From a virus (lineage: Duplodnaviria; Caudoviricetes), in IMG/VR virus record IMGVR_UViG_3300048881_000104, positions 1 through 48,062 of that record: a stretch of 48,062 bases of DNA; one strand, written 5' to 3'. The position numbers were made by a program, and so were the translations under genes. The notes beneath the pieces were generated by a model. That model was not told the DNA's origin. It searched no databases and worked only from the letters and a program-made list of their open reading frames with translations. Positions 25,594 through 35,361 of this stretch are shown piece after piece (the first letter of the stretch is position 1; every line of letters begins with the position of its first letter).

Positions 25594-27765
25594 ATGGCTA
25601 ATGAGTTTATTGCTCGCAAGGGTCTAATAGCATTAAGTAATTCCGAAGTTACCGGAAGTTTAGGACTTTCTGGGGACTTAACGGTTTCTGGTGGGGATAT
25701 TGTTCTAGGTACTACGAGCATTTTCAGTGGAGGAAATACTACTTCACTCAATAATATAGATGCTATAGATGCTACAACGGAAGCAACCATTGAAGCTGCG
25801 ATTGATACTCTTGCTAATTTAACTTCAGTACAGGGACAAACAGTTACCCTTGGTGGCAATCTGGTCACCCAAAATAATAATGTAACGATTAATGCTGTAG
25901 GAGCTGCGAGAACACTAACCCTTAATGAATCGTTAACGGTTGGTGATGGTAATGATGGTACAATAACATTTAGTGGGGCGTCTAAAACTTTAACTGTTGA
26001 AGATACTTCGGTAGTAAACCAAGATTTAACTACCGATGCGAGTCCGCAGTTTACAGGTATTGAGCTTGGTCACGCTTCCGATACCACCATAACCAGAGCA
26101 TCTTCTGGTGATCTTGCTATTGAAGGTAATGCTATTTATCGTGCTGGTGGTACTGATGTACCAGTTGCAGATGGTGGTACTGGTGCTTCAACAGCTGCAG
26201 CCGCAGCGACCGCTCTTGGTGTTGGAACAGGCGATTCACCACAATTTACAACAGTTAATGTTGGACACGCCTCCGATACAACGTTAGCACGTTCTTCAGC
26301 AGGTGTCCTTACAGTTGAGGGTAATCGAATATTCCACGCAGGCGGAACCGATGTTCCAGTTGCCGATGGTGGTACGGGAGCATCTTCCCTAACTGACGGT
26401 GGAGTTCTGCTTGGTAGTGGTACTGGCGCTGTAACCGCGATGGCGGTTCTTGCTAATGGGGAAATGATTGTTGGTGATGGTACAACTGATCCGGTAGCAG
26501 AAAGTGGAGCAACACTCCGAACTTCAATTGGTGTAGGAACGGCTGATAATGTATCATTTGATACTGGATCATTTACAGGTGACCTAACTGTTACTGGTAA
26601 TTTGATGGTTCAAGGTGCTACCACTCAAATTCAAACGGCACAGCTTTATGTAGAAGATAAATTAATTCAAGTTGCTTCTGGATCTGCAAATAGCACAGCT
26701 GCTGATGGTGCTGGTATTGAAATTGATATGGCTGGACAAACCAACCCATCAATGATATGGGATCACACTAATCAAGAGATTGAATTTAATTACCCAATCA
26801 GCGGTAGTCAGATTTCAGGTTCATATTTCGGTGATGGTTCTGGATTAAGTAATATTGTAAGTACATTAAATACTGTTGGTGAAAGTGGTACTGGAGCTAT
26901 TGCTCTTAAGACCCAAACTCTTACGGTTACTGGTGGGGAAGGTATTGATACTGTTGCTTCTAACCAAACAATTACGATTTCTGGTGAAGATGCTTCAACT
27001 ACAAATAAGGGTATCGTTGAATTAGCAACCAACGCAGAAACAAATACTGGTACAGATACCGCAAGAGCAGTTACTCCAGCAGCTCTGACCGCATGGACAG
27101 GAGATACTGCGCTCGTAACGGTTGGTACAATTGGAACTGGTACTTGGGAAGGTACTACAGTTGCGGTAGATCAAGGTGGAACCGGAGCAACTTCACTAAA
27201 TAATCTAATTACTCTGACCACCCACACTACGGGTAATTATGTTGCAACGGTAACCGCAGGAACAGGATTAACAAGTACGGGCGCAACAAGTGGTGAAGGT
27301 ATTGCACACTCGTTAAGTGTTGATGCTGCACAAACACAAATTACATCAGTTGGAACCTTGGCTGCAGGAGCTATAAGCTCTGGATTTGGAGCTATCGACA
27401 TTGGTACCTCCGCACTTGCAGCTGGTGCCACCACAATTGATGGGGCGTTAAACGAATCAACGTCTACAACGGTTGCTACGGGTGATAGTGAAACCACATC
27501 AGTTGTCGCAACAGTTGCGGTGGCTTCGTACTCAAGTGCTCAGTTTGATTATTCTGTCAATGACGGAACCAATTATAGAGCTGGTACTTGTATGGTAATT
27601 TGGAAGGCTGGAGCGAGTATAAATTTCACAGATTACTCAACTCCAGATATTGGAGATACATCGGACGCTACATTTACAGTAGATGAGTCTGGAGGTAATG
27701 CTAGATTAAAATTCACTTCGTCGGCCGGAACATGGACGGTTAAAGTAATAACTAGAACATTATAA
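25594..27765 (+). CDS. Tail fibre protein, proximal/middle segment
   Basis: G/T/A-rich, VPVADGGTGAS repeats, fibre repeat ASTTNKGIVELATNAET..AVTPAAL. Confidence 0.8.
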   Translation: MANEFIARKGLIALSNSEVTGSLGLSGDLTVSGGDIVLGTTSIFSGGNTTSLNNIDAIDATTEATIEAAIDTLANLTSVQGQTVTLGGNLVTQNNNVTINAVGAARTLTLNESLTVGDGNDGTITFSGASKTLTVEDTSVVNQDLTTDASPQFTGIELGHASDTTITRASSGDLAIEGNAIYRAGGTDVPVADGGTGASTAAAAATALGVGTGDSPQFTTVNVGHASDTTLARSSAGVLTVEGNRIFHAGGTDVPVADGGTGASSLTDGGVLLGSGTGAVTAMAVLANGEMIVGDGTTDPVAESGATLRTSIGVGTADNVSFDTGSFTGDLTVTGNLMVQGATTQIQTAQLYVEDKLIQVASGSANSTAADGAGIEIDMAGQTNPSMIWDHTNQEIEFNYPISGSQISGSYFGDGSGLSNIVSTLNTVGESGTGAIALKTQTLTVTGGEGIDTVASNQTITISGEDASTTNKGIVELATNAETNTGTDTARAVTPAALTAWTGDTALVTVGTIGTGTWEGTTVAVDQGGTGATSLNNLITLTTHTTGNYVATVTAGTGLTSTGATSGEGIAHSLSVDAAQTQITSVGTLAAGAISSGFGAIDIGTSALAAGATTIDGALNESTSTTVATGDSETTSVVATVAVASYSSAQFDYSVNDGTNYRAGTCMVIWKAGASINFTDYSTPDIGDTSDATFTVDESGGNARLKFTSSAGTWTVKVITRTL
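26041..26385 (+). repeat. Intragenic tandem duplication, 195-nt (65-aa) period
   Basis: SPQFT...GHASDTT..R.S.G.L..EGN.I..AGGTDVPVADGGTGAS begins at both 26041 and 26236. Confidence 0.9.
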
Positions 27766-27813
27766 AAATATAAAATAAAATAATTATCCTTTGGATATTG
27801 AAAGAGGAAATAT

Positions 27814-30800
27814 ATGGCAAACGAATTCATAGCCCGCAAGGGGCTAAAGTCACTAGGAGATGTCCTTCTCCCAGCCACTAAGAAGATCTACCTAGACGGC
27901 GGTACCCATACCTACATCAGCGAGGCTGCTGGAGATACCCTAGACCTTATCTCTGGTAACACACATCCCCTTCGACTGACTACAACATCGGTACAGATCG
28001 GGCCCGGAGGCGAACACGATCTCTTGGTTTGGCCCACTAAGAAGATCTACCTAGACGGCGGATCTAATACCTACTTCCACGAAGTATCCGCAGATAAACT
28101 TGATGTTGTAGTAGGTGGCCAAACCATTCTTGAAGTAGCAGAAGGCGGTGGTGGTGCATCTGATTATGTAGCCATTCAAGCATTAAACAAACTGTACCTA
28201 GACGGCGGTACGAATACTTACATCCACGAAAGAGGTGCTGACCACATAGGAGTTATCGCTGGTGGGAATGAAGTAGCAAACTTTAACTACAATAGTGGAA
28301 ACCAGTATATAGAATCTGCACAAGATTTTGTGATGCCCGCCACGGGTAAGTTCTACCTAGACGGCAGTAGCAATACCTACCTCCACGAAGTATCCGCAGA
28401 CAAAGTTGATCTTGTGGTGGGGGGTCAAACCATTCTGGAAGTAGCAGAGGGCGGCGGCGGCGCATCTGATTATGTAGCCATTCAAGCTTTAAATAAGCTA
28501 TACTTAGATGGCGGTGGCGACACCTATATCCACGAAGCTTCGGCCAACGCAGTACAAATTATCACGGGTGGTGAAGCGTATACGTTCCATGCTGGCGGCC
28601 TTGAAATACCAGCACTAAATAAACTCTACTTCGACGGCGGATCTGATACCTACCTTTATCAATATGCAGACAATAACGTTAGACTTATAGCAGGAACCGT
28701 AGATGCTCTTTCTATTGGTTCAAACGGAATTGTATTTAATGAAGATAGTCAAAATTGGGATTTCAGGGTAGAAAGTAATGATAATGCTAATATGTTCACT
28801 ATTGATGGTGGTGACAATACGGTCGGCATCGGCGTAGCTCCTAAAGCTGTATTTCATGTTAAAAATACAGGTAATAGTTGGGAAGATGGAATACTACTAC
28901 AACATCACACTGGAGATACAGGCTGGAACATACACCCCGAAGATGATGGAGATAATGCTTTATGGTTTGGTTATAACGCAGATACTACTGCAGCCCTAAC
29001 CTCACAGACGGCTACGGCAAGAATGGTTCTTCATGGTGACGGCAAAGTCGGTATCGGCGACACATCCCCAGAAGAAATGTTAACAATAGTAGCTCCGTCC
29101 GGCGATTGTAATCTTCGAATGGAAGGTGATGCAATAAGAATTAAGAAGAGTGGTACTGATTTCATATATTATGATGGCTCTAATTTAAAACTTTCAGTTG
29201 GTAATGCTGAAAAACTGCGTGCTAAAGCCAATGGAGTGGGTATGGGCATTACGGCACCCGTGACCAAGCTCCATGTTGGATCGAATACGAGCCAGACACT
29301 GATGCCCGGCACTCAACAGGCGATAATCAATGCCAATAGTGTCACCTCTACTACCAATTGGCAACTTGCGATAGAAGGAGACAACGACAGCGGTATTCTG
29401 TTTACTGAGGATAATGCCAAACGTGGCTTGGTCGGTTATGACGCTGGTAATAGCCAAGTGATGGTAGGCGATAATGACGGGGACAATAGTTGGCGTATTG
29501 CAACCAACAGTGACACAATCTATGGATACACTGGTGGGACTGAGAGGTTCCAAATCTCCACTGGTCGGATTAATACTACTCTACCTATGACGGTCACTGG
29601 TGCAGATTTTACTTGGAGTGATGGGGGCGATAGTTCTGTTTCAATCAAGGATGGTGGAACTAATGCAGTGTACATGCTGTGTGCTTCAGGAGATGAATTC
29701 TATCTTGGTGCAAATGGTACAAGTTATGGACTACGGGTTACCACTAGTAATAATGTTGAAGTAAACGGTACCTTGACCGTCTCTGGTACTGTTACAGCGA
29801 ACGGGTCTATTGTAGGAACAACAATTAACAATGCTAGTAATAATAGAGTATTCACTTCAACGGGTTCTGAGTTAAACGCTGAAGCTAATTTAACATTTGA
29901 CGGAACCAATCTTGGTATCGGTACGACGGGCCCAGATTCTCTACTACACATGTATAAATCAAGCGGAGATCCACAACTACACATACAGGCTGTCTCTGGT
30001 GGAGATCCTACGATCAAGATGACATGTCCTAATAATAGAGGAGCTTATTTCAAGTTCGGTGACGGGTCTACAACAGGACAGTTCCACCATCATCAAGGGA
30101 CATCATCATTCCACTTCAGGGCCCATAATCAGACCCATGATGATATGACTGTCAGTGAAACTATAACTTATATTAGAGGAGATACAGGCATCGGCACGAC
30201 AACGCCGAGTGCACACTTGGATGTCGGTGGCGCAACCAATACCTATTCGATGGAGTCGATTATCCTAGACGGTGCTGGTGCTGGTGGATTGTCGATTACA
30301 GACAATACCAAGTATTTAGCGTTTTGGGCACAACACGGGGGTAGTTCACATAATGGATCAGCATTAGGTACACGCTCAAACCACGATCTTGCGGTTATAA
30401 CTAACGATACAAAGAGAATGGTCGTTACGGCTGCCGGCAAAGTCGGCGTCGGCACTACGAGTCCACAAGAAACGTTTGTAGTATCAAAAGCGGGCGCAGA
30501 AGGAATAGAGTTTGCTCCTGGCGGAGTAGAAGCGGACTACTCTTTGGTTCGGTTCTACAGCCGTGATGCTAGTTACGACGCGGTTAGGTTTGATGCAGAC
30601 AGATTCGGGTTTGCTCCTGACGGCTCCATCGCGGTGCAAATCGGAGCTGGATCGGGGAATGGCGAAGTCGGCATCGGGGTCACATCAATGGATGCACCTC
30701 TCCATGTTGAGGTTGGAGCCCCAAGCAGTGCTGACAAAGAGATCGCGATCTTCCAATCGGAAGCTACCAGACAAATATCATTAGGTTGGGATGACAATAT

Positions 30801-32646
30801 AAGTCACATGTGCATAGGATCTAAAACAAACCATTCGTTCACATTCTTCACCAACGGAATCACTAACCCAAGGATGACCGTTCTTAATAATGGAAAGGTC
30901 GGCATGGGCGATACGAATCCCGCCCATCCCCTCAGCGTCAGAACCGGCAATAGCGACAATAGCAGAATTCATCTCACAGAAAATTCCACTAATAGTGGTA
31001 CTAATGTCATCTTTGGAACTGACCAGAATGATAGTGCTGGTGACATGTTCGTGAAGGGTTACAGTGTCGGGTTCATAAATCATAATGGCGATGTCAATTA
31101 TAACATTAATAATGCAAGAACTCATACTTGGTCTACTGGGTACTCTACGTTGACGCTTCAGGGAACCGTATCACCCTACGGAGTAATGAAACTTGTAAGA
31201 GATCATGATACCGCGGGCTGGGCCTTTACGGTACAAAATGATTATGCTGGTGGTAATGATACCTGCTTGGTCGAGATGGCATATTCGGGGAATGATCTCA
31301 ATTCTGGTATAGGTGTTACTATGGATACTGCTGTGTCGAGCGAATATCTTCTGAACCTAGCAAGTGGAGGATCTTCACGATTTAGAGTAAGAGGTGACGG
31401 CCGTGTCGGCATCGCCACGACATCTCCCGCAAGCAAACTTCATGTTGTTGGAGACGCATATGCGGGTTCACCTTGGACTTCACAAATAATTACTATGGCT
31501 TCGGCCAATTACACTTCAAGGCAGTGGTCATTAAGATATGATGATGGTGGTGCTACAGGGAACGGATTTAGTCTATACGAATCATCTAATGATGTAAGAA
31601 TGATGTATTGGTGTGCTACTAATGGCCGGGTCGCCATAAATTCGGTGAGTCCAGTTGCACGCTTTCATGTTGAAGAGACTACAGTTGACACCAATGTCGT
31701 ACACTTCAAGTACAATGCCGACGCCGCTCTGACCTCTCTCGTTGGAATGAAGCTTTGGAACATGGACGGCACCGTAAACTCCAAGGGTGGCATCCACTTT
31801 GCGATGTCTCGCAACGATGGTGTCGAAGCGATGGGTGGGGCGATCTACTTAGGCCGTGATCAGTCGTGGACTTCTACTGCCTCGACTCGCGACAATTATA
31901 TGGCGTTTGCTACGTCATACAACGGTACAGTCCAAGACAGTTTTAAGATTGCTGTCGATGGCTCAATCCAAATCCGTTCAGCGGCTAATGCACCTAATAT
32001 ACAGTTTAATGAAACCGATGACACTGGTAAGATGCTCATTAAGTTCGCATTAGATATTGGCGAATTTACAAACATCCCTGATAAGCCTCTAGTATTTAAG
32101 AACAATAATACGGAGCGTTTCAGAATACATACAGGTGGACAGATCTTGATCGGCACGACATCCGCTGTCGTTCCAGGCAGTGAAGGTATAGAACTCAAAA
32201 CAAGCGAAGGATCGTTCGTTACAGCGAGAGTTAGTACTTCAACCTCTAAGCATTGGAGTATTGCAAATGGTAATCAAGAAGTCGGTTCCGTACAAACAGG
32301 AGGTTATGTAACATACTTCAATACATCATCTGATTATCGACTGAAGGAAAACGAGTCACCATTTGGCGATGCACTTGATCTCTTGGGCCAACTCAAACCT
32401 TACAAGTTCAACTACAAAACTGAACCAGATACAGAAATCTTCCAAGGTTTCTTCGCTCACGAAGTGGCTGAGATCGTACCGCAAGCAGTGACGGGCGAGA
32501 AAGATGCAGTTGATGAGGATGGTTCGATAAAGGGTCAGAGCATAGACCACTCACACATGGTACCACTATTGGTGGCGGCGGTACAAGAACTCACTGATAA
32601 AGTAGAAACATTGGAGGCTAAGGTTGCTGCACTTGAGGCGGGTTAA
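27814..32646 (+). CDS. Long tail fibre / receptor-binding protein with C-terminal S74 chaperone
   Basis: K.YLDGG.xTY repeats, about 11 VGIG-type repeats, TSSDYRLKENE, GFFAHEV..IVPQAV, terminal coiled coil. Confidence 0.9.
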   Translation: MANEFIARKGLKSLGDVLLPATKKIYLDGGTHTYISEAAGDTLDLISGNTHPLRLTTTSVQIGPGGEHDLLVWPTKKIYLDGGSNTYFHEVSADKLDVVVGGQTILEVAEGGGGASDYVAIQALNKLYLDGGTNTYIHERGADHIGVIAGGNEVANFNYNSGNQYIESAQDFVMPATGKFYLDGSSNTYLHEVSADKVDLVVGGQTILEVAEGGGGASDYVAIQALNKLYLDGGGDTYIHEASANAVQIITGGEAYTFHAGGLEIPALNKLYFDGGSDTYLYQYADNNVRLIAGTVDALSIGSNGIVFNEDSQNWDFRVESNDNANMFTIDGGDNTVGIGVAPKAVFHVKNTGNSWEDGILLQHHTGDTGWNIHPEDDGDNALWFGYNADTTAALTSQTATARMVLHGDGKVGIGDTSPEEMLTIVAPSGDCNLRMEGDAIRIKKSGTDFIYYDGSNLKLSVGNAEKLRAKANGVGMGITAPVTKLHVGSNTSQTLMPGTQQAIINANSVTSTTNWQLAIEGDNDSGILFTEDNAKRGLVGYDAGNSQVMVGDNDGDNSWRIATNSDTIYGYTGGTERFQISTGRINTTLPMTVTGADFTWSDGGDSSVSIKDGGTNAVYMLCASGDEFYLGANGTSYGLRVTTSNNVEVNGTLTVSGTVTANGSIVGTTINNASNNRVFTSTGSELNAEANLTFDGTNLGIGTTGPDSLLHMYKSSGDPQLHIQAVSGGDPTIKMTCPNNRGAYFKFGDGSTTGQFHHHQGTSSFHFRAHNQTHDDMTVSETITYIRGDTGIGTTTPSAHLDVGGATNTYSMESIILDGAGAGGLSITDNTKYLAFWAQHGGSSHNGSALGTRSNHDLAVITNDTKRMVVTAAGKVGVGTTSPQETFVVSKAGAEGIEFAPGGVEADYSLVRFYSRDASYDAVRFDADRFGFAPDGSIAVQIGAGSGNGEVGIGVTSMDAPLHVEVGAPSSADKEIAIFQSEATRQISLGWDDNISHMCIGSKTNHSFTFFTNGITNPRMTVLNNGKVGMGDTNPAHPLSVRTGNSDNSRIHLTENSTNSGTNVIFGTDQNDSAGDMFVKGYSVGFINHNGDVNYNINNARTHTWSTGYSTLTLQGTVSPYGVMKLVRDHDTAGWAFTVQNDYAGGNDTCLVEMAYSGNDLNSGIGVTMDTAVSSEYLLNLASGGSSRFRVRGDGRVGIATTSPASKLHVVGDAYAGSPWTSQIITMASANYTSRQWSLRYDDGGATGNGFSLYESSNDVRMMYWCATNGRVAINSVSPVARFHVEETTVDTNVVHFKYNADAALTSLVGMKLWNMDGTVNSKGGIHFAMSRNDGVEAMGGAIYLGRDQSWTSTASTRDNYMAFATSYNGTVQDSFKIAVDGSIQIRSAANAPNIQFNETDDTGKMLIKFALDIGEFTNIPDKPLVFKNNNTERFRIHTGGQILIGTTSAVVPGSEGIELKTSEGSFVTARVSTSTSKHWSIANGNQEVGSVQTGGYVTYFNTSSDYRLKENESPFGDALDLLGQLKPYKFNYKTEPDTEIFQGFFAHEVAEIVPQAVTGEKDAVDEDGSIKGQSIDHSHMVPLLVAAVQELTDKVETLEAKVAALEAG
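27889..28641 (+). repeat. Six YLDGG repeat units, including a near-identical direct duplication (306-nt offset)
   Basis: TACCTAGACGGC-like cores at 27889, 28048, 28195, 28354, 28501 and 28627. HEVSADK.D.VVGGQTILEVAEGGGGASDYVAIQALNKLYLDGG occurs twice. Confidence 0.9.
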
Positions 32647-32650
32647 TCCC

Positions 32651-32679
32651 TTGACAAATTAATTAAGGTTATATATATT
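32651..32679 (+). promoter_or_regulatory. Sigma70-type promoter
   Basis: TTGACA-17 nt-TATATT. Confidence 0.75.
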
Positions 32680-32710
32680 ATAGTAGACTTTAAATTTAGG
32701 AGAAAAAGTT

Positions 32711-33061
32711 ATGGCATTTACTTACAGATGGAATTTTAATCCACTAGAGGTAACGTATAGTTCAGCTAGTATGGATAATGTAGTTACTACTGTACATTGG
32801 CAATATCACGGTGAAACCGAAGGTACATCAAGTTTGGGAGTTTCTGGTAGTTTTACATCAACTAATATAGGAACTGTAACTCTTGATCCTGTTGCTTCTG
32901 CTGATTTTGTTGCTTATGGTGATTTGACAGAAGCTCTCGTTACAGGGTGGGTAACTGGTTCGATGGGTGATGATAGAGTAACGGAGATACAAACTGGTGT
33001 AAGTAAATCACTTGTAGACCAACTTGCCCCACCCACGGGAACTAAAGCACAACCTTGGTAG
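32711..33061 (+). CDS. Small fibre-associated hypothetical protein
   Basis: AGGAG SD. VVTTVHWQY..G...FVAYGDLTEALVTGWV..PW pattern seen after phage fibre genes. Confidence 0.7.
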   Translation: MAFTYRWNFNPLEVTYSSASMDNVVTTVHWQYHGETEGTSSLGVSGSFTSTNIGTVTLDPVASADFVAYGDLTEALVTGWVTGSMGDDRVTEIQTGVSKSLVDQLAPPTGTKAQPW

Positions 33062-33068
33062 TAGGGTC

Positions 33069-33097
33069 TTGACAAACAAATCAATAATGGTTATATT
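33069..33097 (+). promoter_or_regulatory. Sigma70-type promoter
   Basis: TTGACA-17 nt-TATATT, followed by AGGAGG SD. Confidence 0.8.
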
Positions 33098-33127
33098 ATA
33101 CACGTTAAATAATTTTTAGGAGGTTAC

Positions 33128-33463
33128 ATGGCTAAGAATAAAGCTAATGGCGAATCGCAAACTGAAGATGCACAATTTCCACCGGAGCCTATAGTGCTTC
33201 CGCCGGACCCACAGGTCCAGGCGGCTGATCCACAACAGCAGCAGTTCACTGTAGTAGATGAACAGCCTATTCCAAAGGCTCTTTCTGTTCTTATTGTTAA
33301 TTCGAACAAAACTCTACAAGAAACTCAACAGAGACTTATGGGAGATATTAACGATTCTGCTAATGATCTTATGGGACTATTGCAGATTTCTCAAGAGGAA
33401 GGGTGGCTTTTGGACGTTGAAGGTCAACGCTTCGTCAGGGTGGAACCAGCTCAAGATCAGTAG
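33128..33463 (+). CDS. Hypothetical protein
   Basis: 111 aa, strong SD, own promoter. Confidence 0.75.
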   Translation: MAKNKANGESQTEDAQFPPEPIVLPPDPQVQAADPQQQQFTVVDEQPIPKALSVLIVNSNKTLQETQQRLMGDINDSANDLMGLLQISQEEGWLLDVEGQRFVRVEPAQDQ

Positions 33464-33465
33464 GA

Positions 33466-35322
33466 ATGATACATGATTCTGCTGAATCGGTTGTTTTCCC
33501 GTTCGGCAAATACAAGGGATATACTCTTGCTCATGTAATCAGAGAACACCCACATTACATATATTGGATAAGAGACAATGCGGACTTTTCTCCTATTTGG
33601 AGGGAAGCCGTTTCTCTTGCGCTCCAAAATAAGGATGTTGGTCATTTAAACCTACCGCGCGTAAAAGTAACTCAAAAATTTGGGAAACAAAAGAAGACGG
33701 TAGAAATATCAGAAGTCAATGAGACTACTGCTAAAATTAATATGCCGTATGACAGATCTTTGATTGATCGGTTTAAGTTTGAGATTGATGGCCGTAAGTG
33801 GAATGACAAAGAGAAACACTGGCAATTTCCAATTGTTCATCTTCCAAAGGTAGTTTCTATTATAAAAAATTACGAGGTTAAATGTACTCGTAAAATTAAG
33901 AAACGTTATAAAGAACTTTTAGAAGAAACTAAAGTCCGACATGAGGTTCGTGAGAAGGAAGACACGGATTTTGAAATTCCAGAATTTAATTTACCTTTAT
34001 TCCCTTATCAGAAAGTGGGAGTAGAATTTTTATGGCACACAGATGGTAGAGCCATGATCGCTGATCAACCGGGCCTTGGCAAAACCATTCAAGCAATTGC
34101 GTATGCTCGATTGAAAAATGTTAAAACTCTGGTTATTTCTCCATTATCTGTGGTAATTAATTGGAGAAAAGAAATTCAGAAATTTACGAATTTAGATTCT
34201 ACAATCTGGTCTACCAAAGATGTAGATGGGGATCTAGATAATCAATTTCATATTATAAATTATGATGCAGTTAGGAAAGTCCATGATGTTTTAGCTAAAA
34301 TGGATTTTGATTTATTGATATGTGATGAAGCTACTTTTCTAAAAAATCGTAATACCTTGCGGTTTAAATCTATCCTTGGTTCGTGGAGAGAGAGAAAACG
34401 ATTTCCTGGCATTAAAACAGATCATATTATTTTCTTAACTGGAACTCCGGTCATGTCCAGACCCATAGAAGCGTTTACTCTTCTTAATGTATTGGATCGT
34501 GAACGATTTAATAATTTCTATCATTTTACTCAGCGTTATGGTGGATGGAAAGGTATGCCGGTTAGAAACTTAAAAGAACTTCACGAACGAACTAAAGATC
34601 TAACCATTCGGAGAAAAAAATCAGAAGTTCTGCCAGAATTGCCAGATAAACAAATAAATGATTTGTATATTGATATGTCATTTTCAGAACGAAAGGAATA
34701 TAAAAATATTCTAGATGAGATTTTTGGTGAGTGGCGTTTCACGGGAAAACCGTCTGTGTCATCTATGCCAAAGATTCAATCGTATTTAACCGATCAAAAA
34801 ATTCCAAGACTTAAAGAAATTATTGATGAGTATTTGGATAATGATAGACCCATTTTAGTATTTGGTTGTTTCATTGAACCTTTAAAACGATTAGCAGAAC
34901 ATTATGGATATGATGCTGCTTTATTTCACGGTGGCATGAACAAAAAGAAACGACAAGAAGCAATAGATCGGTTGGTGAGTAAAGAGGCTAGGGTTGGGTT
35001 CTTTTCGCTTAAAGCAGCAGGCATGGGGATTGACGGTCTACAATCCGTAATAGATACTGTGATATTTATTGATAGAGATTGGGTTCCTGCCAACCACGAA
35101 CAGGCAGAGGACCGAATTCATAGAATAGGTCAAGATAACAAGGTTCAGGTTTATTATATGACGGTTGAAAATACTATTGATGTGTATATGAGTGAGTTAA
35201 TTGGTGAGAAACAACAGATTGCATCACAGATAGTAGATGGTGAGATTATAAATTCAGTTAATACAAAATCTATCTTTAGTGATTTTGTCAAAAAGTTATC
35301 TTGGGAAAAAATGAAATTGTGA
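33466..35322 (+). CDS. SNF2-family (SMARCAL1/HARP-like) ATP-dependent helicase
   Basis: ADQPGLGKT, CDEAT, LTGTP, QAEDRIHRIGQ. N-terminal FPFGKYKG domain and HARP-like PYD...RKWN..KHW segment. Confidence 0.9.
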   Translation: MIHDSAESVVFPFGKYKGYTLAHVIREHPHYIYWIRDNADFSPIWREAVSLALQNKDVGHLNLPRVKVTQKFGKQKKTVEISEVNETTAKINMPYDRSLIDRFKFEIDGRKWNDKEKHWQFPIVHLPKVVSIIKNYEVKCTRKIKKRYKELLEETKVRHEVREKEDTDFEIPEFNLPLFPYQKVGVEFLWHTDGRAMIADQPGLGKTIQAIAYARLKNVKTLVISPLSVVINWRKEIQKFTNLDSTIWSTKDVDGDLDNQFHIINYDAVRKVHDVLAKMDFDLLICDEATFLKNRNTLRFKSILGSWRERKRFPGIKTDHIIFLTGTPVMSRPIEAFTLLNVLDRERFNNFYHFTQRYGGWKGMPVRNLKELHERTKDLTIRRKKSEVLPELPDKQINDLYIDMSFSERKEYKNILDEIFGEWRFTGKPSVSSMPKIQSYLTDQKIPRLKEIIDEYLDNDRPILVFGCFIEPLKRLAEHYGYDAALFHGGMNKKKRQEAIDRLVSKEARVGFFSLKAAGMGIDGLQSVIDTVIFIDRDWVPANHEQAEDRIHRIGQDNKVQVYYMTVENTIDVYMSELIGEKQQIASQIVDGEIINSVNTKSIFSDFVKKLSWEKMKL

Positions 35323-35361
35323 TCTATTTATATATGTTACTTTGAAACAGGAGTTTAAGTT

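Noticed and set aside
27763-27816. Read-through fusion of the two in-frame fibre genes
   Set aside because: The 48-nt spacer contains further in-frame stops and the downstream gene has its own SD.
28048-28515. Near-identical repeat pair as a DGR template/variable repeat
   Set aside because: Differences include T/C, C/G and T/G rather than being adenine-specific, both copies are coding, and no reverse transcriptase is in the window.
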